A DNA stretch of 64,000 nt from Acidobacteriota bacterium (GTDB taxonomy: Bacteria; Acidobacteriota; UBA6911; RPQK01; JAJDTT01). Of this stretch, positions 10,201 to 20,200 are shown one piece after another (position 1 is the first letter of the stretch; the number at the start of each line of letters is the position of its first letter). Made by a program: the position numbers and the translations under genes. The stretch covers positions 1,568,001-1,632,000 of the forward strand of contig OZ242374.1 of NCBI GenBank assembly GCA_965209055.1, given 5' to 3'. The notes under the pieces were generated by a model. That model was not told the origin of the DNA and searched no databases. It saw only the letters and a list, made by a program, of their open reading frames with translations.

Positions 10201-10546
10201 ACTGCAATGCTTTGCGAAGGGCGTCCGCAGCCAGGTCCGCGGCGTGCAGCTTGTGGGAAGGCAACCCTCCCAGGTAGTTCAGGATCGATTCGGCCGTGAT
10301 TTCCCGGCACTCCCCGCTCCGGAGATTCCGGCACATTTGGGTGACCGCCGCCGAGGCGGCGATGGCGGCCGGGCATCCATAGGTCTCGAAGCGGCTGTCC
10401 ACCACGACGTCCTGGTTCAGCTTCAGGTAGAGATGGGTGATGTCGCCGCAGGCCGGGTTCTCGGCTCGGGCCGTATGGGTGGCGCCGGCGAGACTTCCCC
10501 GGTTGGGGAGTTCACGAATGAGCTCTCTGGCCTTCTCGCTGTACAC
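10187..10546 (-). CDS. iscU: IscU/NifU-like Fe-S scaffold protein
   Basis: NPACGD, GCPAAIASA; third Cys replaced (KLHAA); downstream of the desulfurase. Confidence 0.8.
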   Translation of the reverse strand: MYSEKARELIRELPNRGSLAGATHTARAENPACGDITHLYLKLNQDVVVDSRFETYGCPAAIAASAAVTQMCRNLRSGECREITAESILNYLGGLPSHKLHAADLAADALRKALQSSEP

Positions 10547-11714
10547 GGTCTCGACTTTCCCGGTAGAGAGGGGAGAGCTCCCTCATCCTCTGCACGGTGC
10601 TGGGGAGCACGTCCAGAGCCGTCGTGATCTCTTTCTCGGTCGTCAACCGGCTGAGGCTGAGCCGAAGCGCGCTCTCCACCCGCCGGTTCTCGAACCCCAT
10701 GGCCTTCAGCACGTGGGAAGGCTCCAACGACCCCGAGGAGCAGGCCGCGCCGGTAGAGACGGCAATTCCTTGGAGGTCCAGTGAAATGAGTAGGGCCTCT
10801 CCCTCGACGCCTCGAAAACTCAGGTTGGTCGTGTGGGGCATCCTTCGCAGCGTCGATCCATTGATCCTGGCCTGGGGTATGCGTTCCAGGAGTCCCGTCT
10901 CCAGCCGGTCCCGCAGAGATCGGACCCGGTGGTCGAAATCCGCCAGGCCTTCCCTGGCCAAGGAGGCCGCCTTGCCCAAACCGACGATGCCCGGCACGTT
11001 CTCGGTGCCTCCCCGCCGTCCCCGTTCATGGGAACCGCCCAGGAGCAGAGACTTCATCTCCACCCCGTGGCGGATGTAGAGGGCCCCGGCTCCCTTGGGC
11101 CCGTGGATCTTGTGGGCCGAAAGTGAAAGCAGGTCCACGCCAAGGTCGTTCACGTCCACGGGAATCTTGCCCGCCGACTGGACCGCGTCGGAATGAAAGA
11201 GGATTCCCTTTTCCCTGGCCAACCGCCCCACCGCGCGCAGGTCCTGAATCGCTCCGGTCTCGTTGTTGGCATGCATGATGGAGATGAGGATCGTGTCCTC
11301 ACGAACCGCGGCGTGCAGGTCCTCGAGCCGGATCAACCCCTGGCGGTCCACCGGCAGATAGGTCACCCGGAATCCTTCCTCCTCCAACTGCTCCATGGTC
11401 CTCAGGACCGCGGGATGCTCGATGGTGGTGGTGACGAGATGGCGCCCCTTTGCGGAGTGGCCGGCGGCGATTCCCCGGAGGGCGGTGTTGTCCGACTCGG
11501 TCCCACCGCTGGTGAAGACGATCTCCTTGGGCAGGCAGCCGATGAGGTCGGCCACCGCCTGCCGAGCCGTCTCCACGGCTTCGCGCGCCTGCTGGCCGAA
11601 TTCGTGAATCGACGAGGCGTTGCCGAAGTCCTGGAGAAAGTGGGGTGACATGGCCTCCAGGACCAGCGGATCCACTTGAGTCGTGGCGTTGTTGTCCAGG
11701 TAGACCCGCCTCAC
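10512..11714 (-). CDS. iscS: cysteine desulfurase (IscS/NifS group I)
   Basis: YLDNNATT, FTSGGTES, EHPAV, SAHKIHGPKG, STGAACSSG. Confidence 0.93.
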   Translation of the reverse strand: MRRVYLDNNATTQVDPLVLEAMSPHFLQDFGNASSIHEFGQQAREAVETARQAVADLIGCLPKEIVFTSGGTESDNTALRGIAAGHSAKGRHLVTTTIEHPAVLRTMEQLEEEGFRVTYLPVDRQGLIRLEDLHAAVREDTILISIMHANNETGAIQDLRAVGRLAREKGILFHSDAVQSAGKIPVDVNDLGVDLLSLSAHKIHGPKGAGALYIRHGVEMKSLLLGGSHERGRRGGTENVPGIVGLGKAASLAREGLADFDHRVRSLRDRLETGLLERIPQARINGSTLRRMPHTTNLSFRGVEGEALLISLDLQGIAVSTGAACSSGSLEPSHVLKAMGFENRRVESALRLSLSRLTTEKEITTALDVLPSTVQRMRELSPLYRESRDRVQREGQRAHS

Positions 11715-11876
11715 TGCCGTCGCTTCTCCCGTTCCGCCCTATTTGTTCCCTAGACTCGGAGGCGTTTGCGCCGCGGCCAGCCATCGACCTTGACAGCCCC
11801 CGGATCCGATCTTACTAGAACAGTGGCTGGCCAAGAAGGAACAAACGACAGCGTTGATATGAATAGGAGGTCAACA

Positions 11877-12323
11877 ATGCATCTCACCAGAGTAACGCCA
11901 TTCGCAGGGTTCGACGGATTGCACCGGTTGATGGACAATTTCCTTCGGGACACCCGTTTCCTGGCTCCCGCCGGAAGTGACGAAGTCCACCCCGTGCGCC
12001 GGCCCATCTCGGACGTGTACGAGACCGGAGAAAGCCTGGTCTTCACCATGGAGCTGCCCGGATTCGACAAGAGCGAGATCGAGGTCAACGTCAACAGCGA
12101 CTATCTGGAAGTCAAGGGCGAGCGCAAGGCCCAGGAGAAGAAGGATCGCACCTACCGCCAGGTCCAAAGGTGGCACGGCCGGTTCCAGCGTTCCTTCCGG
12201 CTTCCCCGCCGCGGACTGGATCGGGAGAAGGTCTCGGCCGAGCTGAAGAACGGAGTTCTCAGCATCTCCATCGCCAAGCTCAAGCCGGCGAAGCCCAAGC
12301 AGATCGCGGTCCGGGTCAGCTGA
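11877..12323 (+). CDS. Hsp20/alpha-crystallin small heat-shock protein
   Basis: ELPGFDK, GRFQRSFRLP, AELKNGVL; AGGAGG RBS before ATG 11877; TTGACA at 11790. Confidence 0.93.
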   Translation: MHLTRVTPFAGFDGLHRLMDNFLRDTRFLAPAGSDEVHPVRRPISDVYETGESLVFTMELPGFDKSEIEVNVNSDYLEVKGERKAQEKKDRTYRQVQRWHGRFQRSFRLPRRGLDREKVSAELKNGVLSISIAKLKPAKPKQIAVRVS

Positions 12324-12447
12324 AGTCCCGGGCTCGAGGGCCCCGGAACCTCCCCCCTCCGGGGCCCTGCCCACTTCGTCGAAAAACCTGGGAGTTCTCC
12401 CACCGTTCGGCCTCATTTTTCGCGATAACCGCTCGGTCCGGTCCATC

Positions 12448-12475
12448 TTGCAGGGGGACCGGCTTCTGGTAGAAT
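12448..12475 (+). promoter_or_regulatory. sigma70-type promoter of tRNA-Phe
   Basis: TTGCAG-16nt-TAGAAT with extended -10 TG. Confidence 0.55.
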
Positions 12476-12491
12476 ACAACCCTTTTCGAGA

Positions 12492-12564
12492 GCCGGGGTA
12501 GCTCAGTCGGTAGAGCAGGGGACTGAAAATCCCCGTGTCGGCGGTTCGATTCCGTCCCCCGGCA
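12492..12564 (+). tRNA. tRNA-Phe(GAA), CCA not encoded
   Basis: Acceptor GCCGGGG/CCCCGGC, D arm GCTCAGTCGGTAGAGC, anticodon loop CTGAAAA, GGTTCGATTCC T-loop. Confidence 0.97.
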
Positions 12565-12732
12565 CCCCTCCCCCGTCCAAAGATGTCCAAAGAAGTCCAA
12601 ATAAGTCTTTATTTACAGTAATTTACTCCCTATTCGAGTCCAGACCCATCTCGCAATACCCCTTGACATCCGAGGGAAACTGGGGGCAATATTGGGGGCA
12701 GATTAGTAGTTTCCAGAAGGAGTTGCCCCCAA

Positions 12733-13950
12733 ATGCCCCTCACCGCCACGGCCATTCGTCATGCGAAACCTTCCAAGAAGACCAGGAAAATGTTCGACGG
12801 CGGCGGCCTGTATCTGGAAATAGCTCCCAGCGGCGGCAAGTGGTGGCGATTGAAATATCGCTTCGGAGGCAAAGAGAAGCGGATCTCTTTGGGTGTCTAT
12901 CCCGACGTGTCTTTGAAGCAGGTCCGGCGTCGGCGCGCTCAGGCTCGCCAGTTGTTGGCCCGAGAGATAGATCCAAGCGAATATCGAAAAGCACAGAAGG
13001 CTGCCAGAGAGGAACGCTCAGCCAACAGTTTCGAAGCCGTAGCCCGGGAATGGATCATTAAGCACTCCCCCAATTGGACCACCAGCTATGCCAGCCGTAT
13101 CCTCAGCCGACTGGAACGGGATATCTTTCCTTGGATCGGCGGCAAGCCGATTGCTACCGTCACCGCACCTGAATTGTTGACGGCCGTGCGTCGGATCGAG
13201 CAACGTGGCGCTTTGGAAACCGCCCATCGCGCTCTTCAAAACTGCGGACAAGTGTTTCGCTATTCAGTGGCCACCGGACGGGCCAAGCGTGATCCGTCCG
13301 GTGACTTGCGGGGTGCGTTGCCACCGGTCAAGAGAACCCACTTCGCGGCCCTCACCGAGGCCAAGCAAGTCGGCCCTTTGCTTCGAGTGCTGGAGGGCTA
13401 CCGAGGGACGCTGATCGTGCGTTGTGCTCTGCGGCTGGCCCCCTTGGTTTTCGTACGGCCTGGGGAGTTGCGCCAAGCCGAATGGTCGGATGTCGACCTG
13501 GAGGCCGCCGAGTGGCGTTACATCGTCACCAAGACGGACACTCAGCATATCGTTCCGCTTTCCCGCCAAGCGGTGGAGATCCTGAGCGAACTGCACCCTC
13601 TGACCGGACAGGGGCGTTATGTGTTCCCCAGTGCCCGCACTCCTGGAGGAGATCGACCCATGAGCAACAATGCGATTTTGGCTGCCCTGCGGCGTATGGG
13701 TGTTGGCAAGGAGGAGATGACCGCCCACGGCTTCCGGGCGATGGCAAGAACCATCCTAGATGAAGTGTTGGGATTTCGTCCCGACTTCATCGAGCACCAG
13801 TTGGCCCACGCGGTGCGTGACCCCAACGGGCGAGCGTATAACCGGACGGCCCATCTGCCAGAACGGAAAAAGATGATGCAGGCGTGGGCGGATTATCTGG
13901 ACCAACTGAAGGCAGATGTCGGGCCGATTTCATTCAAAGCGACCAGATAG
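12733..13950 (+). CDS. P4-like tyrosine integrase (arm-binding N-terminal domain)
   Basis: DGGGLYL..KWWRLKYRFGGKEK, VRPGELR, HGFRAMA, QLAH, AYNR. Confidence 0.96.
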   Translation: MPLTATAIRHAKPSKKTRKMFDGGGLYLEIAPSGGKWWRLKYRFGGKEKRISLGVYPDVSLKQVRRRRAQARQLLAREIDPSEYRKAQKAAREERSANSFEAVAREWIIKHSPNWTTSYASRILSRLERDIFPWIGGKPIATVTAPELLTAVRRIEQRGALETAHRALQNCGQVFRYSVATGRAKRDPSGDLRGALPPVKRTHFAALTEAKQVGPLLRVLEGYRGTLIVRCALRLAPLVFVRPGELRQAEWSDVDLEAAEWRYIVTKTDTQHIVPLSRQAVEILSELHPLTGQGRYVFPSARTPGGDRPMSNNAILAALRRMGVGKEEMTAHGFRAMARTILDEVLGFRPDFIEHQLAHAVRDPNGRAYNRTAHLPERKKMMQAWADYLDQLKADVGPISFKATR

Positions 13951-14320
13951 AAATTGAGGAACCCCCGAGCGGTGGTCTCTTTTTCCGGCCCATTTCTCGT
14001 CGAAAAAACCGGTACCGGTTTCCCTTCGGTTTTTCGGTTCCAGAAGGAAACCGGTTTCAAGAGACTTTCGATAGCTTTGACTTCGCCGTGGACTTTCCGC
14101 GTGGACCGGGCTCCACAATCCGGTCTGTTCGCCCTTCTGGCGACGTTTCAATCGCCCGTTTCTGCTCGGTTCGTCCAACACACTGGCGTTGGTGTTGTCT
14201 CGCTGCTCAGTAACACTCTGGGCCATAAAAGAGACCACTGACACCCCCCTGAGAAAACAACTCGCGCAGCCCGGTAATTTACATTTCGATGGGCACGATC
14301 TTGTTGCGGAGTAATATTCG

Positions 14321-15244
14321 ATGATCAGGCATCTCCAGGGCCGGGAGAGAACACTGGAGGTGCTCGGCTGGACGGGCCGCAGGGCCGAATGGATCGCCCT
14401 GGTGTGCCTGCACTCGGGCGTGTTCACACGGGCGCAGTATTGTGCTTTCCTGAAGGTTGGTGCCGTGAGCGCCCTGCGTTTCGTGAGGGCGTTGATCGGG
14501 CAGGGGGTGGCGAGTGAGGACCCCATGCCAGACATCGGCGTTCGAGTTTGCCGGATCTTCAGCCGGCGCGTGTACCGGGCGCTGGGCACTGAGGACTTCC
14601 GTCGCCGGCGGATCACCTCGCCGGAGGTGCTGTGGCGGAGGCTGCTCTCGCTGGACTACGTGCTGGAGCATCCGGAGGTGTTCTGGCTGTCCTCCGAGTC
14701 GGAGAGGGTGCGTTGCTTCGAGCATCTCGGCATCCCGCGCCGAAGGCTTCCCAAGCGAGTGTTCCGGGGGGCGGTGGGGAACACCCGGCGCTACTTCGCG
14801 CTCAAGCTGCCGATCGCCGTCGAGGCGGACAGTGCGGTCTTCGTCCATGTCGATCCGGGGCACTGGACCGACACGGGCCTGCGCTCGTGGGGAGCGGCGC
14901 ACGGACGACTCTGGGCGGCTTTGCGCAAGCACGGCCGATCAGTTCAGGTGGTGGCCGTCGCTCGGGACGATCGGGCCTTGCAGCGGGCCGAAACGGTGCT
15001 GCGCCGCTGGACCAACACCGCCGGTCCCGGGGCTCGAACGGCGGACCCATCGGCGGCCCGGGAATACGCCAAGATCAAACAGGCCGTGCTCACGGCGAAT
15101 AGGACCGTGCTCGATTCCTACGGCGGTGTGACGCCCGCGCTGAAGCGGGCAATCAAGTTGGAACCGTTGGCAAAAGGTGGCGCTGTCCGGGTTGCCATCG
15201 ACCGCTACGTCACCTGGGGATCGACGAGGTTCATGGGGAGGTGA
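14321..15244 (+). CDS. hypothetical protein, Replic_Relax-like (winged helix plus nuclease-like) putative Rep/relaxase
   Basis: LGWTGRRAEWIALVCLHSGVFTRAQY wHTH-like N-terminus, RRLLSLDYVL, YFALKLPI, FVHVDPG; sits beside a palindromic origin-like element; paralogous fragment at ~32.9-33.2 kb. Confidence 0.55.
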   Translation: MIRHLQGRERTLEVLGWTGRRAEWIALVCLHSGVFTRAQYCAFLKVGAVSALRFVRALIGQGVASEDPMPDIGVRVCRIFSRRVYRALGTEDFRRRRITSPEVLWRRLLSLDYVLEHPEVFWLSSESERVRCFEHLGIPRRRLPKRVFRGAVGNTRRYFALKLPIAVEADSAVFVHVDPGHWTDTGLRSWGAAHGRLWAALRKHGRSVQVVAVARDDRALQRAETVLRRWTNTAGPGARTADPSAAREYAKIKQAVLTANRTVLDSYGGVTPALKRAIKLEPLAKGGAVRVAIDRYVTWGSTRFMGR

Positions 15245-15523
15245 ATGGGCTTCCCGGTGTCGATCCAGAGGTGTGAATGAGACAACGGACGCGAGTTACA
15301 TCGCGGAAGCCTTTTGACTTACACACTCGATTTCCCCGATCTCTTTATCGCTCATGCAGTTACGGCCATATTCCCGGCTCCGCCGCGCCCGCACGGGGAA
15401 ATCGGAGGTTGACGGGAGCGACCCCCCCTTTTTCCTGCCCGGTGCGGGCGCGGGGGTGTTGCGCAACTTACACTTGCGCAACACCCCCTGGGGGGGGTCG
15501 CTCCCGTCCAATTGATCCTGCGG
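15245..15523 (-). repeat. palindromic element copy S1 (interrupted at its core by element B)
   Basis: IR GACGGGAGCGACCCCCCC 15411-15428 / 15491-15508; inner perfect 15 bp hairpin 15452-15488 with loop CTTACAC. Confidence 0.9.
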
Positions 15524-16183
15524 ACTGTTTCTATAATTTCCGTAAACCATTAACTATAAATGAGTTATGAGATTTTCGGGACTGCTCTTCCCCCCATTCT
15601 TTCCACCGGGTTGAATTGGATGTCTTTAGCCCTTCGTGGTCGTGAACGGACGGTAACCGTTCGGTCAAGCCGTGAAGATCGACTTCCTGAGCCGGGCCTG
15701 CGGCCTCGCGCTCAATGGGGGCAAGCACCTGAGGAAGTGCCACGCTTCCACCTCCAACGGGATGGAGGCACAGAGCGGAGAATGTGACCCATGGTGTCGG
15801 AATGATGCGGTCGGGTCGCTTGCTGCGTAAGGACTTCGCGGCCGACCATCACCTGCCGTTATCCTATTCCAGGGAGGTCTTACTGCCGCGAAGAGTGGTT
15901 CAAACCCGGCAGCAACCCAACGGGAATTGATTACTGCGGCGAGGATGCCGACCCACCGCTCTTCTACGGCTTGACCGAACGATTACCATGGACGAGGGCA
16001 GCGGGGTGAAAACACGGATACGTCCCCTGCCGCTTTTTGTGGCGGGCGTTGGCTCTTGCTTGGGTTCTCGCACTGGTCTTTTTCTACTTGCCTTGTTCGG
16101 CGGATAGCCCAGTTCCCGGCGTGAAGAGCCGATCACCGACGAGGAATCACTTTCGATCCGCCGAAGTTCTCCTTTCGGAAAAG
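15524..16183. repeat. conserved non-coding terminal region of element B with 22 bp IR (15652-15673 / 15966-15987)
   Basis: Colinear with the reverse complement of ~40000-40686, with indels that break reading frames. Confidence 0.85.
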
Positions 16184-16189
16184 GGAGGC

Positions 16190-16250
16190 GAGGACGATCT
16201 CCCGGCGCACAACTTTCGCACGTTGCTGCAGGATCTGGGCACGCTGGCTC
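16190..16250 (+). pseudogene. very short IS1634-family transposase C-terminal remnant
   Basis: EDDLPAHNFRTLLQDLGTLA resembles the IS1634 C-terminal PVHSFRTLLADLATL motif. Confidence 0.45.
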
Positions 16251-16671
16251 AGGTCATTGTGACCCGTTCTTGGATCGCCGCCACTGCGGCCTGGGCCGCC
16301 ACGGCCACACCTTCTTGCCAGCCGGGCAAGGCGCTCAATTGATCGCCCGCGAAATAGATCCTCCCATCGGGCTCTCTGAGTTGTCTCGGTGGGTTGGAGC
16401 TCTCCGGCCAGCCGCCCCGCTGAAACGGAACCCTGGACCAAGCGCGGCTAACGCCGGATTCCATCTCGTCGCCATAGCCAGGGTGAATGAGATCGCCCTC
16501 GGTGATGGCGGCCTGCAAGCGTTCGGACGGCGTCAATTCCGAGTACCGCACCCCGGGCTCGGGGTCCCAGATATATGCCCCGAGGACGATCCCCTTTTCA
16601 CGATGATAGCCGTAGGCCGGATACCAAATCTGAGTAATGTCCTGGTCCGTCCACGAAATGCCACCGTAGAG
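16249..16671 (-). pseudogene. 3' fragment of flavin monoamine/L-amino-acid oxidase
   Basis: LYGGISWTDQDITQIWYP...GRIYFAGDQLSALPGWQEG; 5' part missing and replaced by an att-like end. Confidence 0.75.
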
Positions 16672-17259
16672 AAGGGGGGAACCACAAATATACTATAAAT
16701 AACTGATTCTAAATAGAGAATGTTCTTCTTTTGTGTTGGGTTGCCCCCGATGTTGCCCCCACAGCGACAGTTTGATCACCGTTGGCGAAAAAAGCGGGCG
16801 AGAGGTAGAACCAGAGGAAACACGCAAACAATTTGCAACTAGAGAACACCTCTTCCAAGTCATCCGACGACTACGGATCACCTCCGCTATCCATTCGAGT
16901 TTGCCTCTGCTCCCACGCTTCGCTGATCTTTTCCAGCCTTCGCCGCCGGGAATCATCGCACTCCTGCGCGATGAAAGTGAGTTGAAATGGAATCAGGAAA
17001 ACTCGCCATGGAAACTCTGGACCACACCCGAGACTTCTTCAGATTACTGGACCAGGATTGGGATCACAAGATCAGGTTTATCCGTGTGGTCCTTGGTTTC
17101 TCCTCCTAACAACTGCAGGGTCGCAGGTCTTAACGGAGACCAGGATACTTCTGGAAAGAAATGCAGTGCCATCCAACATTGTCGTAGTGACCTTCCCCCG
17201 GAATAAGGTCGACCTCACTCGCGTGAACCACTGCGTCGTTCCATTCATGCCGCTAACAT

Positions 17260-20200
17260 TCAACGCAGAATCGCGTCCTCCAGCAGCCCGAAATCTGTAA
17301 CTAGATCCAGTTTCTCACGAGCTTTCCCGCCGAACTGCATCGAAGCAAGATTTTCCGTCACCAGCCCCGAACGCAATTTCAGATCGCCTCCGTCGATGCC
17401 CGTGTGGTCGGCGAGACGTTCCCGGCTAGATTCCAGAAAAAACATGCGATCAAGGTGCTTTTGCAATGGTGTGCGTTTCGACTCGACCGTCCCAACGGAG
17501 TATTCCGCCAGCCGCTCACCGACCTCGCCCAGGCTACGGTCGAATCTTAGACTCTTGCACTCGATGGCAAACACAAGACCGGTTTCCCGTTTCCAGGCAA
17601 GCACATCGACATCGCCGAGGGATTCGCTCCCTCCGAACCGCGTGAGACTCAGTTCCTGTTCTGTCTCCCACTTCAGTCCTCCAAGACGCTTCGCTACCCG
17701 TTGCGCGAACTTGTGCCCATTTCTGTTTGCCGCCATACCAACGCAGGCGATCATCTCTGTGCTGTCAAAGAGGGTTTCGGGAAGCCCCCCGAACGCTGCT
17801 TGGCCCAAATAGCCTAGTGTTCCGGCCAGTATCGAGGGAAAAACAGCCACGACCGGGTCGTCCTCCTTCGATAATTGGACAAGTGGGCGGCGCAAGATCG
17901 ACAGACGCCTGGAGTACCGCCACGGGTACCAGTCTCTCGCCACTGCGTTTTCGGGTTCGCTTTCGTCCCATCGAGCCCTGGGAGCAAGCGCAAAATGCTC
18001 GAACGCCAATTCCGGGGTTGCTACACCTACGTCTCGCAGATATTGTATGATAGTGCTTCTCTGCAAGCGCAAATCGGCTCTGCCCAGCTTGATCGCCTCC
18101 AAGGTCAAGCGGTGCACGAACGTCCCATACTGTTCAGCCGTAAGACCGAACTCGGCGGCAAACGCGTCTGAGAAACTCGGGTGGGGCAGTGAATCATCAC
18201 TGATGGTTTGTTCATCCGGCTCCGCATTGAGAAATGTTCGCCGCCAGTGTTCGGACATCAACTGAGCTGTCGCCTGTGTTGCGCTTTGGTCGAAATCAAA
18301 AGAACCGTTTGCGTTCACGGCCGGCGGCCTTCTCGCCAAACCGTAGTGCAACGCATCGCTCTGGCTCGCGCATTCCACAAGAGTCGACACCTCGGCGATG
18401 AGAAAATCGAGGTCTGCTTTCGTGCAGGACGAGCCGCCGCCAAAAGGCGCCGTGCACAGTGCCATCTCCGCGATAACTCGGCACGCGAGGCCAGCACGAT
18501 CCCTGAGGAAAACGCGCTGTTTTGCTGCGACCATCGCCTGATTGGCACCAAAAAGCGAGAGCTGCGCCTCCATCGAACGCATCCACTCCCTGTGCTCCTT
18601 GCGGACGGCTACGTAGTTAAGTAGTGACGTTTGGATCACGCTTTCCCGGGATAGGCTTTTGAGCCGTGATCGTACTCGCTCCCAGACCACATCCACCGAT
18701 GCATTGAGAACCTTGCCGGCTTTCGATAGCGAAACGATGCCCGGCTTGCCCGTATATCCGGCTCGCCTCGCCAAGTCTAGGCGGCTCCAAGCCAGATCTT
18801 CCGGCATCGGCAAGCGCGGATCCGGAAGCGCGACCATGTCATAAATCACGTCCTCTGGCGTCTCACTGGGAGCCATCTTTAGGAATCGGGCGCTCTCGGA
18901 TCCAATCACGCTACGAACCCATTCCTTAATCCCCGTGTCCGAAGCATCCTCGTTGGTGCACAAGACGTGTACGCTTCGCGCTAGCGAACAGATCATCAGC
19001 CTGTCCCCAACGTTTCCTGGGCTTAGAAAGCTTCGCAGGTAATCTGGCGTGCAGTCGATCACGATTTCTCCGTTCTCAACGACGACCGCGGGCTCGAGCA
19101 ACGCTGGAGCCAGATCGAGATCGTGGCGACTGAATTCATCGATGTTCGGAAACCGAATCTGGAACTCGACGGGACCATCCGGCAACGCGGGGTATCGCTC
19201 CTCCAGCGCGGGCGCCAAACGGCCCAACCACCCGAGAACCATGTCCAAAACAGCAAATGCGATGCCGCGATTCCACACATCCTGCTGCACCTCGTCGCAT
19301 CGGACCCACCACGGCCGCGCGGCGGTTTCAACACAGGCCAACACTGTTCCCTCGGCTCTGTGTCCGGGACTGAGGAACACCGCACCACCTGCAGCTTCTT
19401 CCAGATGGCCATCCGTTTCCTGACGATGAACGCTAACGAAATAGTCTCCATCCGGACCCAGCGAAGCGTGGCGGTCCATCCCAGTCCGAATCTCATGGCG
19501 CAACGGCAGCATGAAATCGCTATGCAAGTAAATTGGGGCCACGTTCATGTTGGCTGGCACAAGCATGTTGGCTGGCACAAGCTCAAAATCGGTGTAGTAC
19601 GCGAAAGCCACTAGATTCGTGAATCCGCGCAGGTTTGGGAAGACGGTGCCCCGTTCCTCCAATTCGTCGACCTGTTGCAGCAGCTTCCAAGCCCGCATAG
19701 CCGTGAAATCACTTTTGGCTCCCAGCATCATGAAGTCGGGTGCCGAGACGCAAAGCTGATGCCAGCTGGATGGAAGATCTCCCCAGACCGGCGCAAAGTT
19801 GCGCCCGATGCCGCCGTCTACGAGCACAGTCAAGCCTCTCCGATAGTCGCGTTCCCATTCTAGCGCCGCTGCCCTGTCTTGAATTCGTTCCCTTATCGCA
19901 GCCTCAAGCACATGAATGCTTCTCAGTCCATTCTCGGCAACTGCAAGGAAATCATCGGGAACAAATGTCACATGTACGTACCCGCCATCGTCAAACGTTC
20001 CGACGAACTCCCGAAGCCCATCGGCCGGGTCGGGCTCCAGCATCTCCACGAATCCAATTCCCCAATCCGCTCTGCCCAACATGAAAGCTTCACTAAACCG
20101 CGCCAAGTGCCATGTCGCTTGAAACAGACGAAGATCCCCTGCAGCCGCAGCCCGCTCAAGCACAAAACGCCTGATCGCAGCGCCTATCGCTGTGGGAAGC

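Noticed and set aside
13990-14070. Palindromes AAACCGGTACCGGTTT and GAAACCGGTTTC after the integrase
   Set aside because: Single occurrence in the window; could be an operator or terminator but no function can be supported
15725-15755. Hammerhead ribozyme (CTGAGGA / CTGACGA varies at N7 between copies)
   Set aside because: No GAAA after stem II and no NUH junction
15820-15840. Guide-like complementarity between the conserved end region and the integration core (CTGCGTAAGG vs CTGCGGGAAGG)
   Set aside because: Short and gapped match; tyrosine integrases have no known RNA guidance; insufficient evidence
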